Source of the DNA: a virus | Taxonomy: Duplodnaviria > Heunggongvirae > Uroviricota > Caudoviricetes | DNA: 64,000 nt | Virus record (IMG/VR): IMGVR_UViG_3300024999_000035 | Location: 1-64,000 of that record | Reading direction: 5' to 3' (one strand) | Shown here: positions 20,616 through 28,960 of the stretch, piece by piece | How the letters are laid out: every line of letters begins with the position of its first letter | How positions within the stretch are numbered: the stretch's first letter is position 1 | Notes under the pieces: generated by a model | Databases searched by the model: none | What the model saw: the letters and a program-made list of their open reading frames with translations, nothing else | Told to the model about the DNA's origin: nothing | Position numbers and translations under genes: made by a program

Positions 20616-21860
20616 TTATACATCTAACAATTTCATCCATGCTTCATCATCAACTGCTTCTTCTTCGTCCTCCTCAGTATCGTCATCTTCTTTTTTATCT
20701 AGTGTTTTTTCAAATTTCGCAACACTTTCTTCTAAATCTTCTGTTTCTTCCTCCTTCTCTTCTTCAACTTCAATAAATTGAGAAAGGAAAACTAAATCGC
20801 TTTCTTTATATTTATCTTTATTGATTGCCAAAATTGGAACTTTTGTTTCTCCTTCGCCTTCAAATGTAATTAAAGGTCTTTTTATAAGCATTCTTTTTTC
20901 TTTATTTCCACCAATTGCACATTTACTAAGAGCTTCTTCCTCTGTGATAACATTAAGTTCAATAAGTTCTCTAATATCTTCAGGAAGATCATCTAGTGTA
21001 ATACTTACTACACTTGCCCCTTCAAGCATTTCTCCTTCTACAGTGACTTCTACGAGTGTTCCTTTTTTAGCAGGAGCAAAACATTTAGTAATGAGTTTTT
21101 TAGTATTTTCTGGTTTCACCTTATCAACTTCTAACTCAAATGTCTTTGTAAATGCTACTGTTTTCTTGATTTCTTTACCATCATATTTACCAACATAATC
21201 AACTACATATCCTGTAATTGGGAATGACGCTTTTTCCTTATCTACTTTACCTACTGCATTTGCGTCACAAAGTATTGTTTGTGTAAATACTGCTTTGTAT
21301 TCTTCTGGTTTAGCTTTTGATAAGAATACAGAATTAACTTCTTTTTTAATGGATACACTATCATTATAAGCTTGATATTTTAATTTACCTTTTACATTAA
21401 TAAGCATTCCATTTTCAAGATGTTGTTGTATGTATTGAATTGCGTCATATGCAGATAAAAATTTATTTTTGAACGTCTTATCTTTTGTATCTTTTTCTAA
21501 ACCAACTTTGATGAAACAAGAGTCTGCTACAGATTCAAGAATTGTTTCATCAAATCTATCGTCCCAATCAATAGTGAATTTATTATCAAAATCTTCTTGT
21601 TTTTTACCATCTACTTCTTTTATACCATGAACATATACGACATTATCTCTTTCTGATCCGTAACCACCCATCATATCTGAATAGATGACATTACCATTTC
21701 CACAATCTACACCAAGATTCATTTGATTCCAAACCCAATCTGATTTTGTAGTATCTTTATCCATTGTAAAAGTATAATCATTTACTTTTGCTTCTCCGAT
21801 AAGTAAGAATTGTGCTTTACCTTTTTTCAAACCTAATTGTTCTTCTTTAACTTTTGCCAT
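20616..21860 (-). CDS. putative ssDNA-binding protein with acidic C-terminal tail
   Basis: Extremely acidic C-terminus (EEEKEEETEDLEE...DDEAWMKLLDV), adjacent to the Sak4-like ATPase. Likely true start is the ATG at 21860 (MAKVKEE) rather than the TTG at 21881. Confidence 0.35.
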   Translation of the reverse strand: MAKVKEEQLGLKKGKAQFLLIGEAKVNDYTFTMDKDTTKSDWVWNQMNLGVDCGNGNVIYSDMMGGYGSERDNVVYVHGIKEVDGKKQEDFDNKFTIDWDDRFDETILESVADSCFIKVGLEKDTKDKTFKNKFLSAYDAIQYIQQHLENGMLINVKGKLKYQAYNDSVSIKKEVNSVFLSKAKPEEYKAVFTQTILCDANAVGKVDKEKASFPITGYVVDYVGKYDGKEIKKTVAFTKTFELEVDKVKPENTKKLITKCFAPAKKGTLVEVTVEGEMLEGASVVSITLDDLPEDIRELIELNVITEEEALSKCAIGGNKEKRMLIKRPLITFEGEGETKVPILAINKDKYKESDLVFLSQFIEVEEEKEEETEDLEESVAKFEKTLDKKEDDDTEEDEEEAVDDEAWMKLLDV

Positions 21861-21869
21861 ATTATGTAT

Positions 21870-21938
21870 TCCTTCTTTCAATAATTTTATTTTACTATTT
21901 AATGCACATGATCTTATAAAAATATATTGAAAGAAGGA
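21870..21938 (-). promoter_or_regulatory. SD-sequestering stem-loop: 14-bp perfect inverted repeat (21870..21883 / 21925..21938)
   Basis: On the mRNA, UCCUUCUUUCAAUA pairs with UAUUGAAAGAAGGA, which contains the GAAAGAAGGA Shine-Dalgarno 9 nt before the ATG of the SSB-like gene. Confidence 0.5.
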
Positions 21939-22099
21939 GGTGAATTACTTCTACAGATAGGAACTTGACCCCATGCTTTTGTTTTAATAAACATCTTTCC
22001 TTTCTATTATTATTTTATCTTACAACCTTAACATTAAAATTGAATTCTAAACATTTTCTACTGGCTAAATAATCACACCAATGTACAAAATGTTGTATT

Positions 22100-22708
22100 T
22101 TACTTTTTGGGGTAGTTAACAGGAGCAAATTCACCAAAATATTTTAATTCTGCTTCTTTACGGACTTTAACTGCTTCATCGAAATCATTAAAACTTCCTA
22201 AATATATTTGCTTTTTATCTACTGTAATTCTTACTCTCCAACTATTATTAAGAGATTGCCAACCAACTCCTGTCGCACCAGATGTATTATTACTTTTGAT
22301 TGATATGTTCATTGCATTTTGAGTATTTGAAGCTATTCTTAAATTATTTCTTCGATTATCATACTTATGTCTATTTTTATGATCAATTTTTCCATTGTAG
22401 CCAATCAAAAATTTATGTAATTTAATTCCCTTTCCATTTATTCTAGCAACCACATATCCATCTTTATCGAAATACCACGAATGTAATTCAACTGCATCCG
22501 AATCAGATATGTCATAATAAAACTCACGATTTGTATCAGTGTAACCAACTTTATGATCTTCTTTTAATTCGAATATATTCGGAGGAACATCATGTCTTAT
22601 TCTTTCTTTATATAAACATCCACAACTTTGAATTCTATTAGATTTTAAATGAGTACCCCTAACTACTTTGACATTTTTATTAATGCATTGACACTCACAC
22701 AGCCACAT
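22100..22708 (-). CDS. HNH homing endonuclease (HNH_3) with AP2 domain
   Basis: KIDHKNRHKYDNRRNNLR plus SGATGVGWQ...WRVRI...YLGSF. Confidence 0.8.
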   Translation of the reverse strand: MWLCECQCINKNVKVVRGTHLKSNRIQSCGCLYKERIRHDVPPNIFELKEDHKVGYTDTNREFYYDISDSDAVELHSWYFDKDGYVVARINGKGIKLHKFLIGYNGKIDHKNRHKYDNRRNNLRIASNTQNAMNISIKSNNTSGATGVGWQSLNNSWRVRITVDKKQIYLGSFNDFDEAVKVRKEAELKYFGEFAPVNYPKK

Positions 22709-22790
22709 TGTATGACCACTTTTATTTTCTGCTCTTTCAATAACTAATAATTTACCAAATGTTTTTCCAGTTAAATCATTTAATATAATA

Positions 22791-23375
22791 CTATCTCCTT
22801 TCTACTTTAACATCGAAATCAAAGTCTTTGATATATCTCCGAGAACCCAAAATATCACATATATGAACAAAATTTTGTAATTTACCATGTGGTTTTGGTA
22901 ATATTTCTTTTTTAGTTTTATAATCTTTATTAAACTCTCCCATGTGTGTTTCGATACATCCTAAAATCTTATCCAATATTTCTTTATCCAAAATATTACA
23001 TAGTTCATTATTATTTTTAATGAACACTGACATAATTATTGGATGGTCTGTTACGCTATATTTTAAATTATTTAACCCATGTTTTATTCCATCGTGTAAA
23101 ATTAGAGATGATATAATGATATCTTTTTCATCATCTGTATATTTATTCATCATTTCAAGATTAAGTAATTCTACTGCGAATATTACATTCATTTTAGTAT
23201 GTCTGACTAAACCTCCTTCTCCTAAACACACCAAACTATGATATTTGCCAGATGAACTAGCAGGTATTGAGAAGAAATACTCTGGTAAGTTATTTAATGC
23301 CTTTTCTGTAAATTCTTTGATCTTAGGATTTTTTATGTATGATAGTTCTATTTCGAAAATATTTAATCTATCCAC
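22791..23375 (-). CDS. HD-domain phosphohydrolase (YfbR-like 5'-deoxynucleotidase-like)
   Basis: GKYHSLVCLGEGG ... LILHDGIKHG (H...HD...D). Confidence 0.6.
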   Translation of the reverse strand: MDRLNIFEIELSYIKNPKIKEFTEKALNNLPEYFFSIPASSSGKYHSLVCLGEGGLVRHTKMNVIFAVELLNLEMMNKYTDDEKDIIISSLILHDGIKHGLNNLKYSVTDHPIIMSVFIKNNNELCNILDKEILDKILGCIETHMGEFNKDYKTKKEILPKPHGKLQNFVHICDILGSRRYIKDFDFDVKVERR

Positions 23376-23406
23376 TCGCTACTCCTTTCAATAACTCCAC
23401 TTAATA

Positions 23407-23436
23407 ATTATACCATATTACCATCCAACATGTCAA
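23407..23436 (-). promoter_or_regulatory. sigma70-type promoter (-35 TTGACA, 18 nt, -10 TATAAT) with AAATAAAAT UP element
   Basis: Minus-strand read gaagtaaaaaataaaataTTGACAtgttggatggtaatatggTATAAT, upstream of the HD gene. Confidence 0.6.
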
Positions 23437-23643
23437 TATTTTATTTTTTACTTCTAGCAAAACCAAATCATTTAAAATTCCACTTTCAAATGATAGGATA
23501 TATAACATAATTATTTATGCCTATTTAACGACCACAAACCCTTATGTAGCAACGATTACAGGGCTATTTTAGTGATTTTATTGAAAATTTGAGTTTATGG
23601 TCATTTTAGTCATAATCCTATAAAATGAAAATTTCTTGAGGAT

Positions 23644-24249
23644 CTAATAATTGCTGATATTTTTGATTTTTGAAGATAATTCTCTCATTAAATTATTAAT
23701 ATCCATTTTTGAATCAATGGTAATATTAATTGTAATATTTTGAACAGTGTTTTCTGGCACTACTTTTTCGACTGGTTTAACCATTCGTTCTTGAGTATAC
23801 ACGATTTGACCAATATCTTTTGCTTTTAAAATCATGGTATTAAATTGATCTTTATCTGTTGATGGTAATTTTAATTCTGTATGTAATATTTCAAAATCCC
23901 TACCTGTCAATTCTACTCCATAGGAATGACGAAAATCTCCATTCTCAATTGTCAGGGAATAACTACCATCAACCACTTGAACTAGATCACCTTTATTATA
24001 ATTGCTCATTTTAACACTCTCGCTTTCCTCTATGTATGGTTCAAAATCTTCTGGCAAAAAATAATCACCACCATTTGACCCTTCTATGGAATCCAAAACA
24101 ATATAAGCAGGATAAATACTTGATACAAATAAATATGGTTGATTTATCATTATAGCATGGTTCCAATTAACACTACTTTCTAAATTTCCACAATAGCTTT
24201 TTGAATGAGGTATAACCTTTATTCCCACACTAATGAATTCTCTTTCCAC
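23644..24249 (-). CDS. hypothetical protein
   Basis: 201-aa ORF. Confidence 0.45.
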   Translation of the reverse strand: MEREFISVGIKVIPHSKSYCGNLESSVNWNHAIMINQPYLFVSSIYPAYIVLDSIEGSNGGDYFLPEDFEPYIEESESVKMSNYNKGDLVQVVDGSYSLTIENGDFRHSYGVELTGRDFEILHTELKLPSTDKDQFNTMILKAKDIGQIVYTQERMVKPVEKVVPENTVQNITINITIDSKMDINNLMRELSSKIKNISNY

Positions 24250-24258
24250 TTTTAATAT

Positions 24259-24459
24259 CTAACTCCTCTCTACTACTTGAAACAAAACACCATTATCTGC
24301 CTTATGCAACCAATACAATTCATCACTATCCAAATTAACTTGAATACGATAATGTAATGCAGTTTCTTCCATAATAACTCTATAAGTATCTTTTTTAAAA
24401 GAATTAAAATCTTTAAGGAATCTTACTTTTCTTATGATTCTCACCTCCTTTAATACCAT
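24259..24459 (-). CDS. hypothetical small protein
   Basis: 66-aa ORF. Confidence 0.35.
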   Translation of the reverse strand: MVLKEVRIIRKVRFLKDFNSFKKDTYRVIMEETALHYRIQVNLDSDELYWLHKADNGVLFQVVERS

Positions 24460-24469
24460 AACTACTTAT

Positions 24470-24814
24470 TTAAATTATCTTATGCGTTTCACACTCTTTA
24501 ATAATCTCATTTAACCTATCAATTCTCATTTGAATTAATCCATTATAGACTTCAACACATTCCTCATATGTATTTGCATAGTGTCTAGAATACACATCCA
24601 CAACTTTGCTTTTAATCATTTCACCTTTTTTATTAATTGGAGCGAATACCCAACTACTATACTTTGGTTTATCAATTTCTGCCTTATACTTATCTAAAAC
24701 CATTCCTTGTATCGGCAATTGTTTTAAATGTGAATAATCATAATTATTATCCTCATTATATGCACAACCCCAAACTATAGTTTTATGTTTTAAAGTTTTT
24801 ATATCTAGTTCCAC
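24470..24814 (-). CDS. hypothetical protein
   Basis: 114-aa ORF. Confidence 0.4.
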   Translation of the reverse strand: MELDIKTLKHKTIVWGCAYNEDNNYDYSHLKQLPIQGMVLDKYKAEIDKPKYSSWVFAPINKKGEMIKSKVVDVYSRHYANTYEECVEVYNGLIQMRIDRLNEIIKECETHKII

Positions 24815-24826
24815 AGTTTACCTCCT

Positions 24827-25129
24827 TTACAGCATTAATTCAAATTCAATATCTTCAAAATTATTACTATACGTGAAACCAATAATCTTAATTCCTTTTG
24901 CGTGATTATGATTCAAATTCTCATCATAAGCGTCAAGGTAATATTTAAACTTCTTATCAAAATTTAAAAGTGGATTAATAATTACCTCTGGTCTATCAAA
25001 ACCTTCCATCTCAATAAGAACTGCCACATAATTCATACTTTTTGCTTTTGCCATTTCAAAACAATTGATTAAATTCTCTCTTGTTAAACTCATTTGTTTG
25101 TTCCTCCAATTATTTTTATATCCTAGCAA
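24827..25129 (-). CDS. hypothetical protein
   Basis: 100-aa ORF. Confidence 0.4.
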   Translation of the reverse strand: MLGYKNNWRNKQMSLTRENLINCFEMAKAKSMNYVAVLIEMEGFDRPEVIINPLLNFDKKFKYYLDAYDENLNHNHAKGIKIIGFTYSNNFEDIEFELML

Positions 25130-25147
25130 ACTAAACTTTCAATTGAT

Positions 25148-25444
25148 TTATAATTTAAAGAATTTACTTTCAAAGTCTTTAACTTGATCTTTTAACTTAT
25201 TTATAATTAAATCTAACAAGTCAGCATTACCTATGTATCTACTTAAATCAGCACTTATTCCAGAACCATCACTTTCTTCGCAAATAGTTAAAGAATATTG
25301 ACCATCACGTAAATTTTCTAAAGTTATTTTTCTCTTGTTTTTTAACCCTTCTAAATTTTTAATTCCTTTATTTGTAATTTCAATTAGTTTTTGTAATTCT
25401 TGTCCCTCTTTTAATTGATCTATAAACATAATTAACTCCTCCAA
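25148..25444 (-). CDS. hypothetical protein
   Basis: 98-aa ORF. Confidence 0.4.
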   Translation of the reverse strand: MEELIMFIDQLKEGQELQKLIEITNKGIKNLEGLKNKRKITLENLRDGQYSLTICEESDGSGISADLSRYIGNADLLDLIINKLKDQVKDFESKFFKL

Positions 25445-25449
25445 TTATT

Positions 25450-25725
25450 TTATTTTCTACTTCTACTTATATGCTTCTTCTGATTTGAATCTTGAATCAA
25501 TTCGATTCCTTTCATATCATAATGAAATTTCCTTGGTGCTATTCTAACCTTTTTAATTCCGACACAATCAATGATTTCTTTTCTCTTTTTGCCAATATCT
25601 AAGTCCCACATGCCACCTACCTCAGTAGCTAACATTTTGTAACCCCATCCAAAGAGTATGTATTTAGATATTTCTTTTAATAGAAAGTGTGTTTCAGTCT
25701 CGTTCTTTGGTCTATTGAAATTCAA
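25450..25725 (-). CDS. hypothetical basic protein (possible small nuclease-fold protein, very tentative)
   Basis: 91-aa ORF containing ATEVGGMWDLDIGKK. Confidence 0.35.
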   Translation of the reverse strand: MNFNRPKNETETHFLLKEISKYILFGWGYKMLATEVGGMWDLDIGKKRKEIIDCVGIKKVRIAPRKFHYDMKGIELIQDSNQKKHISRSRK

Positions 25726-25741
25726 TTAAAATTAATCACCT

Positions 25742-25975
25742 CTATTCTTCTACAATTTCAATATCGTCCTCATACATCCATAACCACTCACCCTTGCTAT
25801 TTTGAACAAATACATCAAGATCATTCCATAATGTCTGTGATTCTTCTTCGCCAGTTAAAACATTCGCCCAGTTTACCTTTTCTTCTGATGACATATCTTT
25901 GAAGTATTTTGCTTCAATTATAGTTCCTACAGAAATATCTGTGATAAAATCATTATTAAGTATTCTGATTTTCAT
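25742..25975 (-). CDS. hypothetical small protein
   Basis: 77-aa ORF directly downstream of promoter 26021..26049. Confidence 0.4.
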   Translation of the reverse strand: MKIRILNNDFITDISVGTIIEAKYFKDMSSEEKVNWANVLTGEEESQTLWNDLDVFVQNSKGEWLWMYEDDIEIVEE

Positions 25976-26020
25976 TTTCTCACCTCGTTTCTACGTAATA
26001 TGTAACTTCTCTACTTAATA

Positions 26021-26049
26021 AGTATAACATTTTCACTAACCGATGTCAA
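26021..26049 (-). promoter_or_regulatory. sigma70-type promoter (-35 TTGACA, 17 nt, -10 TATACT) with AAATAAAAT UP element
   Basis: Minus-strand read ataaaataaaattgcTTGACAtcggttagtgaaaatgtTATACT. Confidence 0.55.
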
Positions 26050-26066
26050 GCAATTTTATTTTATAT

Positions 26067-26651
26067 TTATAAAATCTCTTCAAAAGTAATTTTCCTTACA
26101 TATTCTTTAATAATTTTAACACTGATTTCAACTTTATGAATTACAAAATCTTCAGGTGAATCCATATGTCTAAATTCATCAATCGCCTCTTCTTTAGTAT
26201 TATATACCTCAGCTTCCTTAAAATCATTTACCTCATATTGACTATTGTCTATGTATTTTTTACTAGACTTATTGAACACGGCATATCCCTCTTGTGTGTT
26301 AATCATATTCAAATTCTCCTTTGCATTTTCTTTACTTGTTATTTCACTCAAATTGTTTTCTCCAATAATCTCAACTGTTGCATTTTCCATCTCTACAGCT
26401 ACTATATTTTCTTTAACAAGCGATTCCGCTATTTTTTCTCTAAATATACTCTTTTCTAACTCAAGACAATCATTGTATTCACAAGCATATTGATTGTCTT
26501 GAATTTTATACCAAATTTCTATATACCATTTATTATCAAATCCATCTTGTTGATAATTTCTGAAAGTAAATTTTAATTTATTTCCTTCTTCTATTAATTT
26601 AAAATAGTCCATTATTATTCTCCTTTGTTTAAAATCACTATTTAATTCCAT
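26067..26651 (-). CDS. hypothetical protein
   Basis: 194-aa ORF. Confidence 0.45.
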   Translation of the reverse strand: MELNSDFKQRRIIMDYFKLIEEGNKLKFTFRNYQQDGFDNKWYIEIWYKIQDNQYACEYNDCLELEKSIFREKIAESLVKENIVAVEMENATVEIIGENNLSEITSKENAKENLNMINTQEGYAVFNKSSKKYIDNSQYEVNDFKEAEVYNTKEEAIDEFRHMDSPEDFVIHKVEISVKIIKEYVRKITFEEIL

Positions 26652-26829
26652 ACGCCAATAATATATCTTCTAAATCCTGAATTTTATTAAACATAGCAAG
26701 AACTAAATTATCTCCTGTTAAGTTCCTCCATTTTTCACCATATCGTAAAGCATAGAAATTAAATTTACCATCTGTTTGGTCTAAAACAACTTCATATTTG
26801 CCACTGTCTAATTTTATTAATTCTTTCAT
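26638..26829 (-). CDS. hypothetical small protein
   Basis: 63-aa ORF. Confidence 0.35.
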   Translation of the reverse strand: MKELIKLDSGKYEVVLDQTDGKFNFYALRYGEKWRNLTGDNLVLAMFNKIQDLEDILLAYGIK

Positions 26830-26831
26830 AG

Positions 26832-27125
26832 TTATTCGCCTTCTTTCTTAATCAATATATCTAAGAAACCTTTCATTTCTATATCTTCTTTTGACTGTTT
26901 AACAATTGCATCAATATAATCCTTATCATCATTGCAAATATATTGATATATGTGATTCTTAAACATTGCCAACATTTGCGCTTGACCTAGTTTAAAAATA
27001 CGATATAGTTTTTTATAAGGATATACATCGTTCATTAATCTGTTCATTTCAATATTAAATGGATCTATGTTATGTTTATAGTCCTTATATTTTTCAAGTT
27101 TTTCTATGGTTTTATTTATGTCCAT
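26832..27125 (-). CDS. hypothetical protein
   Basis: 97-aa ORF with RBS AAAGGAGAG. Confidence 0.4.
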   Translation of the reverse strand: MDINKTIEKLEKYKDYKHNIDPFNIEMNRLMNDVYPYKKLYRIFKLGQAQMLAMFKNHIYQYICNDDKDYIDAIVKQSKEDIEMKGFLDILIKKEGE

Positions 27126-27154
27126 TATTTACACTCTCCTTTTTGTTTATTTAC

Positions 27155-27180
27155 AAGGGGAGAATAAACTCCCCTATATA
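27155..27180 (-). promoter_or_regulatory. GC-rich hairpin GGGGAG-tttatt-CTCCCC between two genes (possible attenuator/partial terminator)
   Basis: Stem read directly, followed on the minus strand by UUGUAAAU. Confidence 0.3.
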
Positions 27181-27188
27181 TCCCATTA

Positions 27189-27497
27189 TTATTTCTTAGA
27201 TTTAACACCAGAAGATAATTTATTTAACCTATCTTCTAATTTTTTCGCATCATTCAATACTAAACTCATAGATTGCTCTGAAGTAAATCCTACATTGACA
27301 TAAGCATCAAATTGATTCTTTTTAGCAATTGCAGTAGTGCTAAAATATTCAGTATTATTCGCATAATCTTTATAGATATTAAATAATTCTTCTGCAACTC
27401 CATATAATAGTGGTTTGTATTGATCGACTAATTCACTCACCATTGGTTTAGCTAATTTAGGATTTGACATTACCATCTCGATTAATTTATTAAACAT
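27189..27497 (-). CDS. hypothetical protein
   Basis: 102-aa ORF. Confidence 0.4.
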   Translation of the reverse strand: MFNKLIEMVMSNPKLAKPMVSELVDQYKPLLYGVAEELFNIYKDYANNTEYFSTTAIAKKNQFDAYVNVGFTSEQSMSLVLNDAKKLEDRLNKLSSGVKSKK

Positions 27498-27529
27498 TAT
27501 TAATTACCTCTTTCTTTTTTAAATTATTT

Positions 27530-28441
27530 TTATTTTCCTGCATCTGCCATTGGCAAACTAATAATTTGATTTCCACCAACAACTTGTGGATATACCCCAT
27601 TCCATTTCAATACAGATTGATATTTAACAAGTGTATCGGTTAAAGATGCTTGTAATAGATTATTAGCTTCTGCTTCACCTTTTGCCTTAATAACTGCTGC
27701 ATCCGCGATCCCTTGAGCATCTACTCTTGCTTTATTTGCTGTAACTGTAGATTGGGATAATTCAATTTCCATTTGTTGAAGTTTTTGCTGTGCATCTACT
27801 TTTGCTTGAATTGCTTTCATAGTATCAGCATCAGGACGAATTTCTCCAAAACTAAATGTTTCAACTTCTAATCCAAATGGAGTTAATTCTTTGATTAATA
27901 TGTCATGAATTTTATTTTGAATTTCTGAGCGTTTATTGCCATATAAATCAAGAACACTATAACTAGATGTAACAGATTGTGATGCTGTTTTTACTTGTTG
28001 TTTAAGATAGCCTGATTGGATGGATTCGATATCAGCACCTTTAAAACGATTAAAAATAGCAGGTAATTTTTCTACATTTACGTGATATGTAAAGTAAGCA
28101 TCAACATTAACTGGTTTACCTTCCATTGTAGAAGTATTATATGAATCATCATTAGGTGAACCCTCAGTTGCACCTTTAGTCAACCATACTGTTTCTGTAG
28201 AAATTGGATATTCTCTAATGCTTTTCCAAGGAGCTACAATATGCCATCATTGGCTTAATGTAATATCTTCTAGGCCACCAGATACATTATAAACAATTCC
28301 TGCATGTCCAGGATTAATTTTTGTAGTAGATGCCCCAAAACCTGCAAGCAAAACAACTGCCGATACTCCAACCGTAATTAAACCTTTGGTGAATTTATTC
28401 ATTTTAAAATTACTCATATCAATATTAATATTATTTCTCAT
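27530..28441 (-). pseudogene. SPFH/band-7 (flotillin/HflK-like) membrane protein gene interrupted by a single in-frame TGA at 28247..28249
   Basis: N-terminal ORF 28247..28441 (TM helix, then GHAGIVYNVSGGLEDITLSQ*). The same frame continues after the TGA as WHIVAPWKSIREYPISTETVWLTKGATEG... into ORF 27530..28183, which is SPFH-like with a coiled-coil tail. Confidence 0.55.
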
Positions 28442-28565
28442 TATTTTTAATCTCCTCTTTAATTTTATTTTCTACTTCTTCAATTTTCTGACCTATTTTT
28501 GAGTATAAGGGTATTGCTAAGAACAATAATATTATAACTAATGCAATAATAGAAATTACAAGCAT
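28431..28565 (-). CDS. small hydrophobic membrane protein (about 44 aa) overlapping the SPFH gene start
   Basis: MLVISIIALVIILLFLAIPLYSKIGQKIEEVENKIKEEIKNNEK after AAGGAGGTG. Its stop overlaps the SPFH ATG. Confidence 0.4.
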   Translation of the reverse strand: MLVISIIALVIILLFLAIPLYSKIGQKIEEVENKIKEEIKNNEK

Positions 28566-28751
28566 GTATATCATCACCTCCTTTATTCATATATTATTTT
28601 ATAATGAATTTATTGAGTAAATTGACTTAATTTTTCTCTTAATTCTAAATGTGCATTAATTTTTAATTCGGCATCTTCTTTTATTTGTTTTGTATTTAAC
28701 AATTCTTGTTCCAATGAATCAATTTTAACTTGACTCTGATCTTTAGATTCT

Positions 28752-28960
28752 TTCAATATTTCATTCGCCTTTTGAACCTCACACGAATAAATTCGCGTGA
28801 TTCTAACCTCACGATTAGAGGTTCCTGCTTCATTGACTTCGTAACCTCCATCTCCACAGGCTTAAAATCCGATAGTCCCTACCGTACTGATATTAAATTA
28901 AGCACTTAATAATCTCATACCTTCATTCCTAATATTGATTGCTGCATTCACATCTCTATT
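28752..28960 (-). ncRNA. candidate TnpB omega-RNA (scaffold about 28772..28960 overlapping the tnpB 3' end, then about 20-nt flank-derived guide 28752..28771)
   Basis: The 3' flank of tnpB copy A shares GCCTGTGGAGATGGAGGTTACGAAGTCAATGAAGCAGGAAC...TTTATTCGTGTGAGGTTCAA with copy B (...TTTATTTGTGTGAAGTTCA). Similarity stops abruptly at 28772. Confidence 0.5.

Noticed and set aside
28247-28249. Genome-wide TGA-to-Trp recoding (a code 4-like or recoded-phage genetic code) as the explanation for the in-frame TGA in the SPFH gene
   Set aside because: Other genes are long and intact under the standard code, and TGA is used as a genuine stop (for example the ORF ending at 3865..3867). A single interrupted gene is better explained by a mutation, a sequencing error, or local readthrough.
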